Source of the DNA: an uncultured virus (IMG/VR IMGVR_UViG_3300026116_000006)
Taxonomy: Duplodnaviria > Heunggongvirae > Uroviricota > Caudoviricetes
Reading direction: 5' to 3' (one strand)
DNA: 64,000 nt
IMG/VR virus record: IMGVR_UViG_3300026116_000006
Part shown: piece by piece, positions 18,901-29,095 of the stretch
How the letters are laid out: each line of letters starts with the position of its first letter
Numbering within the stretch: the stretch's first letter is position 1
Notes under the pieces: model-generated
The model's input: the letters and a program-made list of their open reading frames with translations, nothing else
What the model was told of the DNA's origin: nothing
Database searches by the model: none
Position numbers and translations under genes: made by a program

Positions 18901-20025
18901 ATGCCAACAATCCACAAAGTCTACGGCGGCTCCAACAGCGAGAGATGGAAGCACTGTGCAGGGTACGCCAGCCTAAGTGCCCAAGTACCACGTCGGCCAA
19001 CCTCCGAGGCCGCTCAGAAGGGCACAGCGCAGCACGCCGTGATGGAGCAGCTGCTCAATGATAGCAGCCTCGATCCCGACCGGTTTCTCGACGCGACCGT
19101 GCTTGGGGTCACACTGGAAAAGGAACACATCGCCGAGATCTCGATCGCTCTCGAGTCCTACGACTACATTCTCGAGCAGTATCCCGAGGACGCAGTCCTG
19201 TTCTCCGAGCGCATGGTTGATCTCACCGACGAAGCGGGTGGGACCTGCGATGCTGGGATTGCTGCTGGTGAAATAGGCGCAATCATCGATTTCAAATTTG
19301 GTCAGATGGAGGTCGACGTTACCGATGCGCAAGGGCTGTTTTACGGGATTTGCGCTCGTAAGACCGAACCGGCATTTGCCAAGGTAAAGCAGCTTGATGT
19401 CTGGATCATCCAGCCAGCGTTCGAGCCTGCCCATGTCAAAACGAGCTACCCTGAGCATCTTCTCGACCTCGAGGAAACGAACTTTCTTGCTGCCATAAAG
19501 GCATCACAGATGCCGAACCCTGTCTACATCGAAGGCGAATGGTGCGACAAGGGCATGGGATGTGAGGCGAAGCTCGCCTGTCCTGCCAAGCTGCAGCGCC
19601 TCGAGACGCTCACGCAGCCGAACCACGTTCTCGATCTCGACGACCTCGGCGCGATGCTGAAGAAATTCAAGAGCTGGAAGAAGTGGATGGAAGAGGCAGA
19701 GGAACGCCTCCTCTATGAACTCGAGCACGGCAGAAAAAATCCACATTGGAAATTGGTCGACAAGCGCGCTACAAGGCAATGGAAGTCAGAAGCGAAAGCG
19801 ATCACAGCGTTCAGGAAAGCGAAAGTCGACGACGATACCTTCATGCCGCGCAGCCTCGTTTCTCCGGCTCAGGCCGAGAAAGAAAAACTGCTCTCCAAGA
19901 AAATCGTTGAAGACCTCGCCCATCCCGTGTCGAGCGGACACACCATCGCTCCTCACGAGGATAAGCGTCCCGCGGTCATACCAGTGGCTGCGATCGCGGC
20001 GGCGCGCAAAAACATCAAGAGGTGA
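18901..20025 (+). CDS. DUF2800 / Cas4-like PD-(D/E)xK exonuclease
   Basis: SERWKHC, GTAQH, GGTCD...IIDFKFG, IIQP, GEWC...CEAKLACP. Confidence 0.85.
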   Translation: MPTIHKVYGGSNSERWKHCAGYASLSAQVPRRPTSEAAQKGTAQHAVMEQLLNDSSLDPDRFLDATVLGVTLEKEHIAEISIALESYDYILEQYPEDAVLFSERMVDLTDEAGGTCDAGIAAGEIGAIIDFKFGQMEVDVTDAQGLFYGICARKTEPAFAKVKQLDVWIIQPAFEPAHVKTSYPEHLLDLEETNFLAAIKASQMPNPVYIEGEWCDKGMGCEAKLACPAKLQRLETLTQPNHVLDLDDLGAMLKKFKSWKKWMEEAEERLLYELEHGRKNPHWKLVDKRATRQWKSEAKAITAFRKAKVDDDTFMPRSLVSPAQAEKEKLLSKKIVEDLAHPVSSGHTIAPHEDKRPAVIPVAAIAAARKNIKR

Positions 20026-20945
20026 GCAACAGCAAGACAGAAGGGCAAATGAAAATGGCACCCAACGAGATGGTGAAATTCACCAATGCAGGCCTACCCG
20101 CACAAGATCTCGGAAAGTTCGTCAAGAAAGCGCAAGAGTCACTCCAGAAGGCACGCGACCACATCCAGGTTGGCCAGCGTGGCCTGTTCCTCAGACTGAC
20201 GAAGAACCAGGGGGAATGGGTTTACGGCCAGGAAAACACGCAGGTGGAGGAAGGCGCCCTCTGGGCCGTCAATCCGTTCAGCCTGCAGATCGGCGCCATC
20301 GCATGGCCGCCGAATGAATCGACGGCCAAGCAGCCGATCAAGAAGATGAAATACATCTTCGACGACAATGCCCCCGACATCATCGCCGACCAGCTGCCCG
20401 ACCCCGCTCATGGCGGTGTGTGGGATCCGTGCGTGGCGTTCCAGTGTCAGTGCATCGGCGGCACCGACAAGAAGTACAAGTACGAGGACATCGGCAAGGT
20501 GCTCTCGTATCAACAGAACTCCGATGGTGGCAAGCGCGGCTTCGATGATCTCCTAGCCTCGATCATGCAGCAGATCGGCGACAATCCGAAACTGTGCGTG
20601 CCGGTGATCGAGCTTCTCACCGACAGCTATCAGCACCCGAAGTGGGGTACCCAGTACAAGCCGATCTTCAGGGTCGACCACTGGGTCGCCATGACGGGCG
20701 AGAACACCAAGGTCGTGCCTGAAGAAGGCGACGAGGAAGACGACCAGGGTGCAGAACAGCAGGAGGAAGCCCAGGACGAGCCGCAGCAGGAGGCCGAGAC
20801 CCAGACTGCGCAGACAACGCGTCGCCGCGGTCCTGCAACTGCCGAGACGCAAGCGACCCGAGGTCGACGCGGTCCCGCCGCTGCCGCCGCGCAGCCCGCC
20901 CAGCAAGTCGATCGCGGCGTCGTGCGTCGGCGCAGACGCGGATAA
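20022..20945 (+). CDS. putative ssDNA-binding/annealing protein
   Basis: Lies between DUF2800 and PolA; G-WVYGQE, VPVIEL..DSYQHPKWG..YKPIF; acidic tail. Confidence 0.6.
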   Translation: MSNSKTEGQMKMAPNEMVKFTNAGLPAQDLGKFVKKAQESLQKARDHIQVGQRGLFLRLTKNQGEWVYGQENTQVEEGALWAVNPFSLQIGAIAWPPNESTAKQPIKKMKYIFDDNAPDIIADQLPDPAHGGVWDPCVAFQCQCIGGTDKKYKYEDIGKVLSYQQNSDGGKRGFDDLLASIMQQIGDNPKLCVPVIELLTDSYQHPKWGTQYKPIFRVDHWVAMTGENTKVVPEEGDEEDDQGAEQQEEAQDEPQQEAETQTAQTTRRRGPATAETQATRGRRGPAAAAAQPAQQVDRGVVRRRRRG

Positions 20946-20987
20946 CGAGAACCCCGGCGATCCCGAGGGGGCGCGCCGGGATCCTAT

Positions 20988-21024
20988 CCCCAGGGTCTGG
21001 CCCCACCGGCCCTGGGGAGTTTTT
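20988..21024 (+). terminator. intrinsic terminator
   Basis: CCCCAGGG...CCCTGGGG followed by AGTTTTT. Confidence 0.55.
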
Positions 21025-21047
21025 CGCCATATTCATGCGGGCGAAGC

Positions 21048-23135
21048 GTGGCGACCTATACTCTTAACAAGGACCTTGAGACACGCAGCGTCATCGATCT
21101 GGTCAAGCGCGGCGTCTACATCTACGCCCAGCATCCTTCGACCAGGATCCTGACCTGCAGCTACTCATTCGATGGCGGTGAGAGGATCCACCGCTGGATG
21201 CCGTGGCTCGGCGGCAAACACAAGAAGATGCCGCGCGATCTCGCCGATGCGCTTCACGATCGTGACGTCGAGATCCAGGGTTGGAACGCCGGCTCCTTCG
21301 AGCGCCTACTCCTCGAGCACGTCGCCAAGATCAAGATCGAGCCTGAGCGCTTCCACGACACCATGATCCGCGCTCGGTCGATGGCGCTGCCGGGCAAGCT
21401 CGAGCTGTGCGCCAGGGCGCTCCAGGTGCCGGTGCAGAAGGCCAACGACGCCATGATGCGGAAGTGGTGCGCGCCGCAGAAGGACGGGAGCTGGGCCGAT
21501 GATCTCGACGAGTTTGAGGTGCTCTGTTCCTATTGCGACGACGACACTCGAGCGGAGGCGCAGATCGCGCAACTCGTGCGTCCTCTGTCGCCAGAAGAGC
21601 GAGTGGACTTTGCGGTTAATGAACGGATCAATGACCGGGGATTGCTGGTTGACATCGGCTTGGCGCGGGCTGCTCAGAGATACGCTCGGGAGGAGCTGGC
21701 GGACATCTGTGAAAGGCTCAACGTCATCACCCGCGGCGCTGTCACAACTCCTAAGCAATATATTCGGATCAAGGACTGGCTCCGGGAGATCCTACCGCCG
21801 GAGATTGCCTTCTTCCTCGATCCTGACGAGAAGACAGGCAAGGTTTCATTCGACGCCGCCAAGCGCGAGGAGATGCTGAGTAATGAATACGAAGACGTCC
21901 TGGTCGGCGAGGTGCGCGAGTTCGTTGAGCTGGTTCATGACGGTGGCAAGGCATCGACGTCGAAATTCGCCGCGATGGAAGCTCGAGCTAGTGACCACGA
22001 CCAGCGTGTTCGTGGCGCCTACCACCTTAACGGTGCAGGGCAAACCGGTCGCTTCAGTTCATCAGGTGCACAGCTCCATAATTTCATTCGGGCCAGCCTA
22101 CCTAATATCGAAGATGTGGTTGAAAGCATTCTTCGGGGTGAAGATCCCGAAGCTGTCATTCGCACGGCATCATACGATCGTGATGGTGGTCTCGCTTTCA
22201 CAGACAAGAAGCGAAGGGAGCGCATCAAGCGGCCCTACAACATCCTCACCATCCTTTCACGATGCCTACGGCCATCGATCATATCCGGGCCTGGGAAGAT
22301 CCTCGTCTGGCGAGACTGGTCCTCGATAGAAGCGCGCGTGCTGCCCTGGCTCAGTCTGCAGAACTCAGCCTCGCAGGTGCTCGACATCTTCGCCAGCGGC
22401 GATGACATCTACAAGCATCAGGCCGCGATGTCGTTCGGTGTCTCATTCGATGACGTCACGGATAGCATGCGCCAGGGCGGCAAGGTGCAGATCCTGTCGT
22501 TTGGCTACGGCGGCGGCGCGGGCGCGGGCTTGCGCATGGCGAAGGTGTATGGCCTCGACATCGACCAGCAGACGGCAGAGGACTGGAAAATGGCGTGGCG
22601 CCAGACCAATCCCTGGGCGCCGCGCTTCTGGGCCGACCTCGAGGTCGCCGCCTTCCAGGCGGTGCGCGAGAAGGACACCGTCTTCACTGCTGGCCGCATC
22701 GAGTATCTCTACACCAAGGACACGCTGTGGTGCATGCTGCCCTCGGGCCGCATGATCGCCTATCCCTTCCCCAAGATCGTGACGCTGAAGGGCCGCTGGG
22801 GCCCGGCCGATACCGTGACGGCGATGAAGGGTGCGTTCCATCCCAAGAAAGGCACCAATTACTGGCCGCGCATGAAGCTCTGGGGCGGCATCCAGGCCGA
22901 GAACGTGACCCAGGCCGAGGCGGCGTCGATCCTGCGCTATGGCCTGCGCGAGCTGGACGACAACGATTGGCCGATCGTCGTCCACACCCACGACGAGATC
23001 GGCTGCGAAGTCGATGAGGATGAAGAGGAGCAGTGCAAGCTGGTGATGGGCGACATCATGAATAATGCGCTGCCCTGCTTCGACGGCCTGCCGCTCGCCA
23101 GTGAAGCGTCGTCAGGATTTGCATACGGGAAATAG
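21048..23135 (+). CDS. family A DNA polymerase (APSE/SPO2-like)
   Basis: Exo I DLETRS, GAGQTGRFSS, motif A DWSSIEARV, motif B RQGGKVQILSFGYG, motif C HTHDEI. Confidence 0.95.
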   Translation: MATYTLNKDLETRSVIDLVKRGVYIYAQHPSTRILTCSYSFDGGERIHRWMPWLGGKHKKMPRDLADALHDRDVEIQGWNAGSFERLLLEHVAKIKIEPERFHDTMIRARSMALPGKLELCARALQVPVQKANDAMMRKWCAPQKDGSWADDLDEFEVLCSYCDDDTRAEAQIAQLVRPLSPEERVDFAVNERINDRGLLVDIGLARAAQRYAREELADICERLNVITRGAVTTPKQYIRIKDWLREILPPEIAFFLDPDEKTGKVSFDAAKREEMLSNEYEDVLVGEVREFVELVHDGGKASTSKFAAMEARASDHDQRVRGAYHLNGAGQTGRFSSSGAQLHNFIRASLPNIEDVVESILRGEDPEAVIRTASYDRDGGLAFTDKKRRERIKRPYNILTILSRCLRPSIISGPGKILVWRDWSSIEARVLPWLSLQNSASQVLDIFASGDDIYKHQAAMSFGVSFDDVTDSMRQGGKVQILSFGYGGGAGAGLRMAKVYGLDIDQQTAEDWKMAWRQTNPWAPRFWADLEVAAFQAVREKDTVFTAGRIEYLYTKDTLWCMLPSGRMIAYPFPKIVTLKGRWGPADTVTAMKGAFHPKKGTNYWPRMKLWGGIQAENVTQAEAASILRYGLRELDDNDWPIVVHTHDEIGCEVDEDEEEQCKLVMGDIMNNALPCFDGLPLASEASSGFAYGK

Positions 23136-23147
23136 AGGAGAAGAAAC

Positions 23148-23762
23148 TTGGGCAAGCCTATTCTGGTCGTAGACTTCGACGGTGTAATCCATAGCTACAC
23201 GTCGAAATGGCAGGATGCCACGATCATCCCGGATCCCCCGGTTCCTGGCGCGCTGCGCTTCCTGCGCGAGGCACTCAGCCATTTCGAGATCCACATCTTC
23301 AGCTCGCGATCACACCAAGACGGCGGCATCGGCGCCATGCATCAGTGGCTGTTGAAGAACTCGCTGGCCGATGGGTTCGGCAGTGAATGGCTGCAGCATA
23401 TCCGATGGCCGCTTGAGAAGCCGCCGGCCAAGATCACGCTCGACGATCGTGCCATCACCTTCACCGGATCCTGGCCCGCGATCTCCGAGCTTATGGCGTT
23501 CGAGCCGTGGAACAAATCGGCTGACGGGCGCGGCCATAGTCGCGCCATCCCCAACGTCGACGCGGCGAAGTACATGCATCTCGAGCATCGCACGCTCGAG
23601 CTGATGAACAGGGTCCGGTTTCTCCTCGAGGAAACCGAGAAAGCGCTCGACAGTCTGCGGGCCCTGATGCCGATCAAGCTGATCGAGGATGACCAGGGCC
23701 GCAAGCGGTACGTGCATCTCGGCGATGAAGACGTGCCGCGGGGACCGACTTTCAAACGGTGA
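23148..23762 (+). CDS. HAD-superfamily hydrolase
   Basis: VDFDGVIHSY, IFSSR, EKPPA..TLDDRA. Confidence 0.8.
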   Translation: MGKPILVVDFDGVIHSYTSKWQDATIIPDPPVPGALRFLREALSHFEIHIFSSRSHQDGGIGAMHQWLLKNSLADGFGSEWLQHIRWPLEKPPAKITLDDRAITFTGSWPAISELMAFEPWNKSADGRGHSRAIPNVDAAKYMHLEHRTLELMNRVRFLLEETEKALDSLRALMPIKLIEDDQGRKRYVHLGDEDVPRGPTFKR

Positions 23763-23765
23763 TCG

Positions 23766-24002
23766 ATGATGGACGCCTGCTATATGTACGGCAAAGAGGT
23801 AGGTGAGGTATTGCTGCCGAAGACATGCTGGGTCTGCGAGCGCACGTTTCCAGCAACCGAACATGTCACGGCTTTTGGCTGCTACGAATGCTTCTCCGTC
23901 TGGTACGATGGCGACGATGCACCTGAATCAGTCGACCGAACTTTGCGCCGCGATGTCGGGAATTGGGTGCGAAAAAAGCACGGCCTGCCACCGTTGACAT
24001 AG
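23766..24002 (+). CDS. small Zn-ribbon protein
   Basis: CWVC...CYEC. Confidence 0.5.
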   Translation: MMDACYMYGKEVGEVLLPKTCWVCERTFPATEHVTAFGCYECFSVWYDGDDAPESVDRTLRRDVGNWVRKKHGLPPLT

Positions 24003-24028
24003 GTGGGCCCTTATGCCACCTCTAAGGC

Positions 24029-24475
24029 ATGCGTTGCATTGCTTTAGCCGGCCTGCTGCTGTCCTTGGGATATAGCTCAGTAGCGGCCCAGACCTTGATA
24101 GACGACGCCGCCGTGGTGGCCGCTCGAGATGTCCAGGTCTGGGAATGCAACACGCCTGGGGGTCGCGTCATTGATGCTCTCAGGATCGGGATCGATCTGC
24201 ACCGGAGGCACGCTGTTACATCCGTCCCCGCGGGTAGCATATGTGCCTCAGCAGGAGCGCTCGCTTGGCTGTCCGGTGCCCGTCGGCAGCTGAGCGGGCG
24301 TCTTCTCTTTCACGGGCCCACGCCCGAGATGACGCCCAATCTGCGCTGGTCGCTTTTTCTTCTCCTGCTGAATTGGGACGTCCCGCAGTGGATTGTCGAG
24401 CGCGTCGTGGCGCTGCATGCCGGCGAATTCTGGGAGCCCGACGCTGAGGCGCGAACGGCTCTAGTTCGACAGTAG
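24029..24475 (+). CDS. secreted ClpP/crotonase-like protein
   Basis: Signal peptide; NTPGGRV, CASA..AW.SG, FHGP; own TTGACA-TAGGTGGGCC promoter. Confidence 0.55.
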   Translation: MRCIALAGLLLSLGYSSVAAQTLIDDAAVVAARDVQVWECNTPGGRVIDALRIGIDLHRRHAVTSVPAGSICASAGALAWLSGARRQLSGRLLFHGPTPEMTPNLRWSLFLLLLNWDVPQWIVERVVALHAGEFWEPDAEARTALVRQ

Positions 24476-24633
24476 ATGATAGCGGCCGAAGGCAATGACG
24501 TTGCTGTGCCGGCCGTCCTTCATCTCGATCGAGTGTAGATCACGACGACGCTTCTCCTGCAGCCGCGCCAGAAGATCGAACATGCGCTTGGCATACTGAT
24601 CGAACGTCTCGTAGGGGAGCTTGATGCGTCGGC

Positions 24634-24864
24634 TCACTTCAACCTCCGATTCATGAAGTCGATCGCCTTGGTGGCGTCCTTGGCGGTATCGACGATGATC
24701 GGAAAGAGGTTGAGGAACCGCTCCTGCAACAGCTTCAGGTCTCGCTGATACCGGTCGGCCCGCAATTCTGCCCGAACGAGCAGCCAGATCAAGATGACAA
24801 TGACCGGGCTCGCTATACCAAAACTCTTTAGGATCTCGCCCGGATCCAGATGTTCCATCGCCAC
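24634..24864 (-). CDS. small membrane protein, holin-like
   Basis: One TM segment FGIASPVIVILIWLLV followed by a coiled region. Confidence 0.5.
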   Translation of the reverse strand: MAMEHLDPGEILKSFGIASPVIVILIWLLVRAELRADRYQRDLKLLQERFLNLFPIIVDTAKDATKAIDFMNRRLK

Positions 24865-24923
24865 CCCGTGTCATTTTGATGGCGATACCGCAGTGGTGGT
24901 GAAAGCATCTCCTCTCCCCATCA

Positions 24924-26384
24924 TCATGTCCAGATGAACCATGTGCCGAGCGCGGTGGGCTGCACGTTGGTGACTGCCGTCGTTGATCCCGACATGCTGT
25001 TGCCGCCCGTGCTGGTGACGTTGTGCTGATGGAAGTAATCGGTCGCGGCGCCGCCGCCGCCGTTGGCGAAGACGGTGGTGCCGTTGAAGGCAGTCGACGT
25101 GGTGCCAAACACCGTAACGGTGCCTGAGACGCTCACGTTTGCGGCTTCGGTCTGCTGACCGCCTGTGGCACTTACCGTGTTGCCGTCGGGTGATACGGTC
25201 GCGCTGGTGAGACGGCCAGCTGCCGTGCCGTTGATGTTGTCGCAGCCCGCGAGCACACGACCCCTGAGGTCAGGCACGTTGAAGGTCGACACACCATCGC
25301 CCGGTCCCCAGGTCGTGCCGATCTTGGCGAACAGCGCGGCGAAGGTGACGCGGCTGACGGCCTGTCCGCCACAGGCGATCGAGTTGGCCGGGATGCTTCC
25401 CGGAGGTCCCGCGAACCAGCCCACGGTCCCTGTCCAGGGCGAGCCTGGATTGAGTGTGGTGACAGCAAGCGTGCCGAGCGTCGCCGTCCCTGTGACGGAC
25501 AGGTTGGTGAGGCTGAGCGTATGGCTGCCGAGATTGTAGGTGAGGACGCTGTCGGCCGCGAAACCGCCCGAGCCATTGTTGAACTGGATGTTGCCATTTG
25601 CGCCGGCCGGCGCCAGCGACGCGGCCGAGAGGAGCTGCGTGCCGTCCGAGAAATTGATGCCGCCCGTGGTGAACTTGATCGATCCTGCGAGCGTCAGCAG
25701 CGAGCCGGCGAAGGGCGTGCCGGTGCCCATCGAGATCTGGCCGCTCGAGCCCGACAGGAAAAGAAGGTTGCTCGGCCCCAGCGTGAGATTGTTGGGGATC
25801 GAGACCGTGCTGCCATTGAGCGTGAGCGTCGAACCAGCATTGACGCCCAGCGCCACGTTGCCGGCGATCGAGAGGCCTGTGCCCGAGAGCGTCGTGCCGT
25901 CGAAGGTGAGATTGGCCGAGCCCGCCAGCAGGCCGCCCGAATTGAACTGGACCTGGGTGTTGGCGCCGCCCGCGCTCGGCGGCACGTTGACGGCCAGGAA
26001 CATGCCATTGGCCGAGCCATCGCAGCTCACGATCGCGTTGGCGCCTGACGGGATCACGATCGTGCTGCCGCCCGAGGCCGAGGCGATGCCGACCTGGAAC
26101 GTGCCAGGAGCGTTGTTGTAGAACACCCACTGTCCGCCGATGCCTGCCGGCACGACATAGGTGAGGTTGCCCGAGGGCGACCCGGTCACGCGGATCGAGA
26201 GCGGTTGGTACTGGGTGAGCGTGAGATTGACCGCGCCGGAGAGCCCGGTCGCGTTGAGGTTGGTGACGCCGCCCAGAGCCGTGTCGATGATCGCCCAGTC
26301 GGCATTGACCGGCGTATCCCACGTATTCACGAAGGCGTTGTGCGCCGGCTGCTCGATCGATTTGTTGGTGGTGAAAGTCGACAT
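24924..26384 (-). CDS. tail fibre with tail collar domain
   Basis: GTVGWFAG...CGGQAVSRVTFAALFAKIGTTWGPGDGVSTFNVPDLRGR; G/S/T-rich. Confidence 0.85.
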   Translation of the reverse strand: MSTFTTNKSIEQPAHNAFVNTWDTPVNADWAIIDTALGGVTNLNATGLSGAVNLTLTQYQPLSIRVTGSPSGNLTYVVPAGIGGQWVFYNNAPGTFQVGIASASGGSTIVIPSGANAIVSCDGSANGMFLAVNVPPSAGGANTQVQFNSGGLLAGSANLTFDGTTLSGTGLSIAGNVALGVNAGSTLTLNGSTVSIPNNLTLGPSNLLFLSGSSGQISMGTGTPFAGSLLTLAGSIKFTTGGINFSDGTQLLSAASLAPAGANGNIQFNNGSGGFAADSVLTYNLGSHTLSLTNLSVTGTATLGTLAVTTLNPGSPWTGTVGWFAGPPGSIPANSIACGGQAVSRVTFAALFAKIGTTWGPGDGVSTFNVPDLRGRVLAGCDNINGTAAGRLTSATVSPDGNTVSATGGQQTEAANVSVSGTVTVFGTTSTAFNGTTVFANGGGGAATDYFHQHNVTSTGGNSMSGSTTAVTNVQPTALGTWFIWT

Positions 26385-29095
26385 TACGCCCCCGCGGCCT
26401 GCCGGGCGACGGCGAGCGCCGTCGCGATCTGGTTGTCATGTTTGTCGAGCAGCGGCTCGGTATGGGCGGCATGATCTTTGCGGATCCGTGCCACTTCGCG
26501 CACCATGCGCATGCCGAGATCCTCGGCACCGACGCTGCCACCTCGAGCAAAACCCGTGCGTGTCGCATCTTGCGACGCGTGAGCCGCGATGCCCGCGCGC
26601 TGCAGCAGCTCGAGCTTGGAGATCGTCTCGCCGCTCTTCAGCTTAAATGCCTTGGCCAGGAGATCCTGACGAAACGCCGGATCGGTCAACGCACGCTGGT
26701 AGATTTCCTGTGTATTGTTGAGACCTTCGACGCGCCACTTGTTGAAAGACCTGAGCGCTTTGTTGGCGACAGCATTCGCGGCAAAGATCCCGATACCATG
26801 GATCGGATCATGCGACAGTGCTTCCCACAGAGCGAAGATCCCGAGACCATGGGTCGGCGACTGCGCATGCCCAAGCTGGTACATGCGCTTCTGATTTTCA
26901 CTCAGTTGCGCGAGCACCTTGTCGGCGTCCTTGCCGAAGATCTCGTTGATCGCCGTCGGGCTGTTCTTGATGAAATTGTCGAGCTGGCCCTTGGGCAGGA
27001 TTTCGTTGGTGACGTGATCGGCAGCGGCTTGTTGCACGCCTTGCCACGCATCGGGGTTACTGCCGATCTTCGCCTTCAGCGCTTGGATCTGCTTGCCGCT
27101 GTCTCGCGCATTGATCAACTGACCGATCGCGCCGGTCACGTCATCGGCATTATCCATCCCCATCAGGCGACCCGCTGCGCCTTGCGTCAGCGCCTTGCGC
27201 TGGGCCGCCGCGGCGCTCGAGGCTTGGGCAAGCGCTTCCGTTGCCTGGGCCGCGCTGTCGAACGATTGAGAGAAACCGGGCGAGACCTGATCGATGGCGC
27301 CAAGCGCCTTACCGTACTTCCGCTTCCAGGCGTCGAGCTTCTGCTGATTGATCAGACCATCAGCGTCGAGGCTCTCGCGCAAGCGCTGCGAGGCGATCGA
27401 GCGTAGGTTCTCGATCGCCTCGGGCGAGTTGTTGGCCTGTAGCCATGCCTGGACGTTCTGCGCCCCGGCATCACCCGGTGCGAAGATCGTTTTACCGGCT
27501 TGAGGATTGGCGAAATTGCCGTAAGCGTCGCGCTTCAGTCCTTGACCAACCACACCCGAGCGGTACGTGCCCGCGTAGTCGCCGTATTGCTTGTTGAAGT
27601 CGGTGAGCTTGTCGGCGGTGTCGGGTTGGACATTTGGTGCGAGAGGAGTTTCTCCCGCAGTCGGCGCGCCCCCTCCAGGAGGAACCGCGGCAAATGGCCG
27701 TTGCTGGCCAGGACGTCCCGTTCGGTTTGGTCGCACCAATCCAACGTAGGATCCTGTACCGGTTTGGGCGGCGGCTGATTGTCGTTGCTGGCGGGCGGCA
27801 AGGGTTTCCTCCTGAGTTAGGTCGCCCCGCGCGACAGCTGCCTGCTCCCAGGCATGCTGATTGTCTGCCGCCTTACTGATGGTCTCTTTCACCTTCGCTT
27901 TCAAGTCTCTCAGCTCGCGCAACCCATTTTGGTCACCGCTTGTCGCCGCCTGACTGATGGCGCCCGACAGCTCGCGATCGAAGTCCCAGAGTTTATGGAA
28001 CGGCACGACATCGCCGAACTCCGAAGCTGCCTTGACGTAGGGTGCAGCGGCGTTGGCCTTCACACGTCCCTCGACCTCAGGCAGCAGCTGCTGGGCGTGG
28101 TCACGCACTTGTGTCGTGAGCACGTTGAGCTTGCCCTCCGGATCGATCGTCTTAGCCAGCGCATCGAGTTTGACACGCGTATCCTTGCCGGACTGATAAG
28201 CGAGGTCCTGCACGCGTTCGTGAAGCTGGTCGAGATTGCCGCCCTGCGGCGCCTTCGCCGCTGCGCTTTCGGCGCCCTGCTGCAAGGCCTGCAGCTGCGC
28301 TTCGTGCTGTTGCATGATCTGATCAGCATGATCGGTGAGACCTTGACCGATCGATGTCGGATCTCCAGGCGCGGGCGCGACGCCTGCCCTGGTCGATCGT
28401 GCTGCACGCTGAGCGCTGGTGCGGCCGAGCTGCTCAGCCCCGTATCGCAATGCATTGTGCGCCAGGAAAGGCGCACCGACGCCGGCAATGAAACCAGCCT
28501 CTGGTCCAGCAGCTTCACCTGCGATGTCTGCAGCGGCGCCGCTCACCGCGCCCAGCGCTGCGCGTGTGCCTGCTTTGGCGAGGCCGCCCGGCACGAGCGC
28601 TGAAGTTGCCCCGGCGACCGCCTGTTGCCCGACGCGACCCCAGAAAGTTTCAGGGTTGTAGGCGCCGGTTTTGTCGGTGAGATACTTCTCGACTTCTTCG
28701 CTGGTCGGCAGATTGGTGCCCTGCGTGCGTTGATCGATATCGGCCAGCGCCTTGTCGTAGTCTTCGTTGTTGAAGGTATGACGAAGGCCAGCGACGCCTT
28801 TCTTGATCAGGCTCTGCACGTCGCCCGGCATGCCCGCGATCCAACTCGCGCCCTTCACGACACCGGTTGCCGCGTTCTTACCCACGCCTGCCAGCGTCGA
28901 CTCGTTCTGGTCCCGCTCGAGGAACTTGTGCTCGCGCGGCGCCAGCATGTCCTTGGTGACCGGTTGGAAGTCATCGGTCTCTCCAGGCAGCGGCGCGTTC
29001 GACGGCGCGGTGGCCGTCGAAGACTTGGCGATCGTCGACATGTCGACGGGCTGGAAGTCGTCCGTCTCCTGTGGCGTCTTGGCGGGGTCTGCCAT
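26384..29095 (-). CDS. putative internal virion / DNA ejection protein
   Basis: 903 aa, A/Q-rich and helical, with hydrophobic G/A segments; follows the large ejection protein. Confidence 0.7.
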   Translation of the reverse strand: MADPAKTPQETDDFQPVDMSTIAKSSTATAPSNAPLPGETDDFQPVTKDMLAPREHKFLERDQNESTLAGVGKNAATGVVKGASWIAGMPGDVQSLIKKGVAGLRHTFNNEDYDKALADIDQRTQGTNLPTSEEVEKYLTDKTGAYNPETFWGRVGQQAVAGATSALVPGGLAKAGTRAALGAVSGAAADIAGEAAGPEAGFIAGVGAPFLAHNALRYGAEQLGRTSAQRAARSTRAGVAPAPGDPTSIGQGLTDHADQIMQQHEAQLQALQQGAESAAAKAPQGGNLDQLHERVQDLAYQSGKDTRVKLDALAKTIDPEGKLNVLTTQVRDHAQQLLPEVEGRVKANAAAPYVKAASEFGDVVPFHKLWDFDRELSGAISQAATSGDQNGLRELRDLKAKVKETISKAADNQHAWEQAAVARGDLTQEETLAARQQRQSAAAQTGTGSYVGLVRPNRTGRPGQQRPFAAVPPGGGAPTAGETPLAPNVQPDTADKLTDFNKQYGDYAGTYRSGVVGQGLKRDAYGNFANPQAGKTIFAPGDAGAQNVQAWLQANNSPEAIENLRSIASQRLRESLDADGLINQQKLDAWKRKYGKALGAIDQVSPGFSQSFDSAAQATEALAQASSAAAAQRKALTQGAAGRLMGMDNADDVTGAIGQLINARDSGKQIQALKAKIGSNPDAWQGVQQAAADHVTNEILPKGQLDNFIKNSPTAINEIFGKDADKVLAQLSENQKRMYQLGHAQSPTHGLGIFALWEALSHDPIHGIGIFAANAVANKALRSFNKWRVEGLNNTQEIYQRALTDPAFRQDLLAKAFKLKSGETISKLELLQRAGIAAHASQDATRTGFARGGSVGAEDLGMRMVREVARIRKDHAAHTEPLLDKHDNQIATALAVARQAAGA

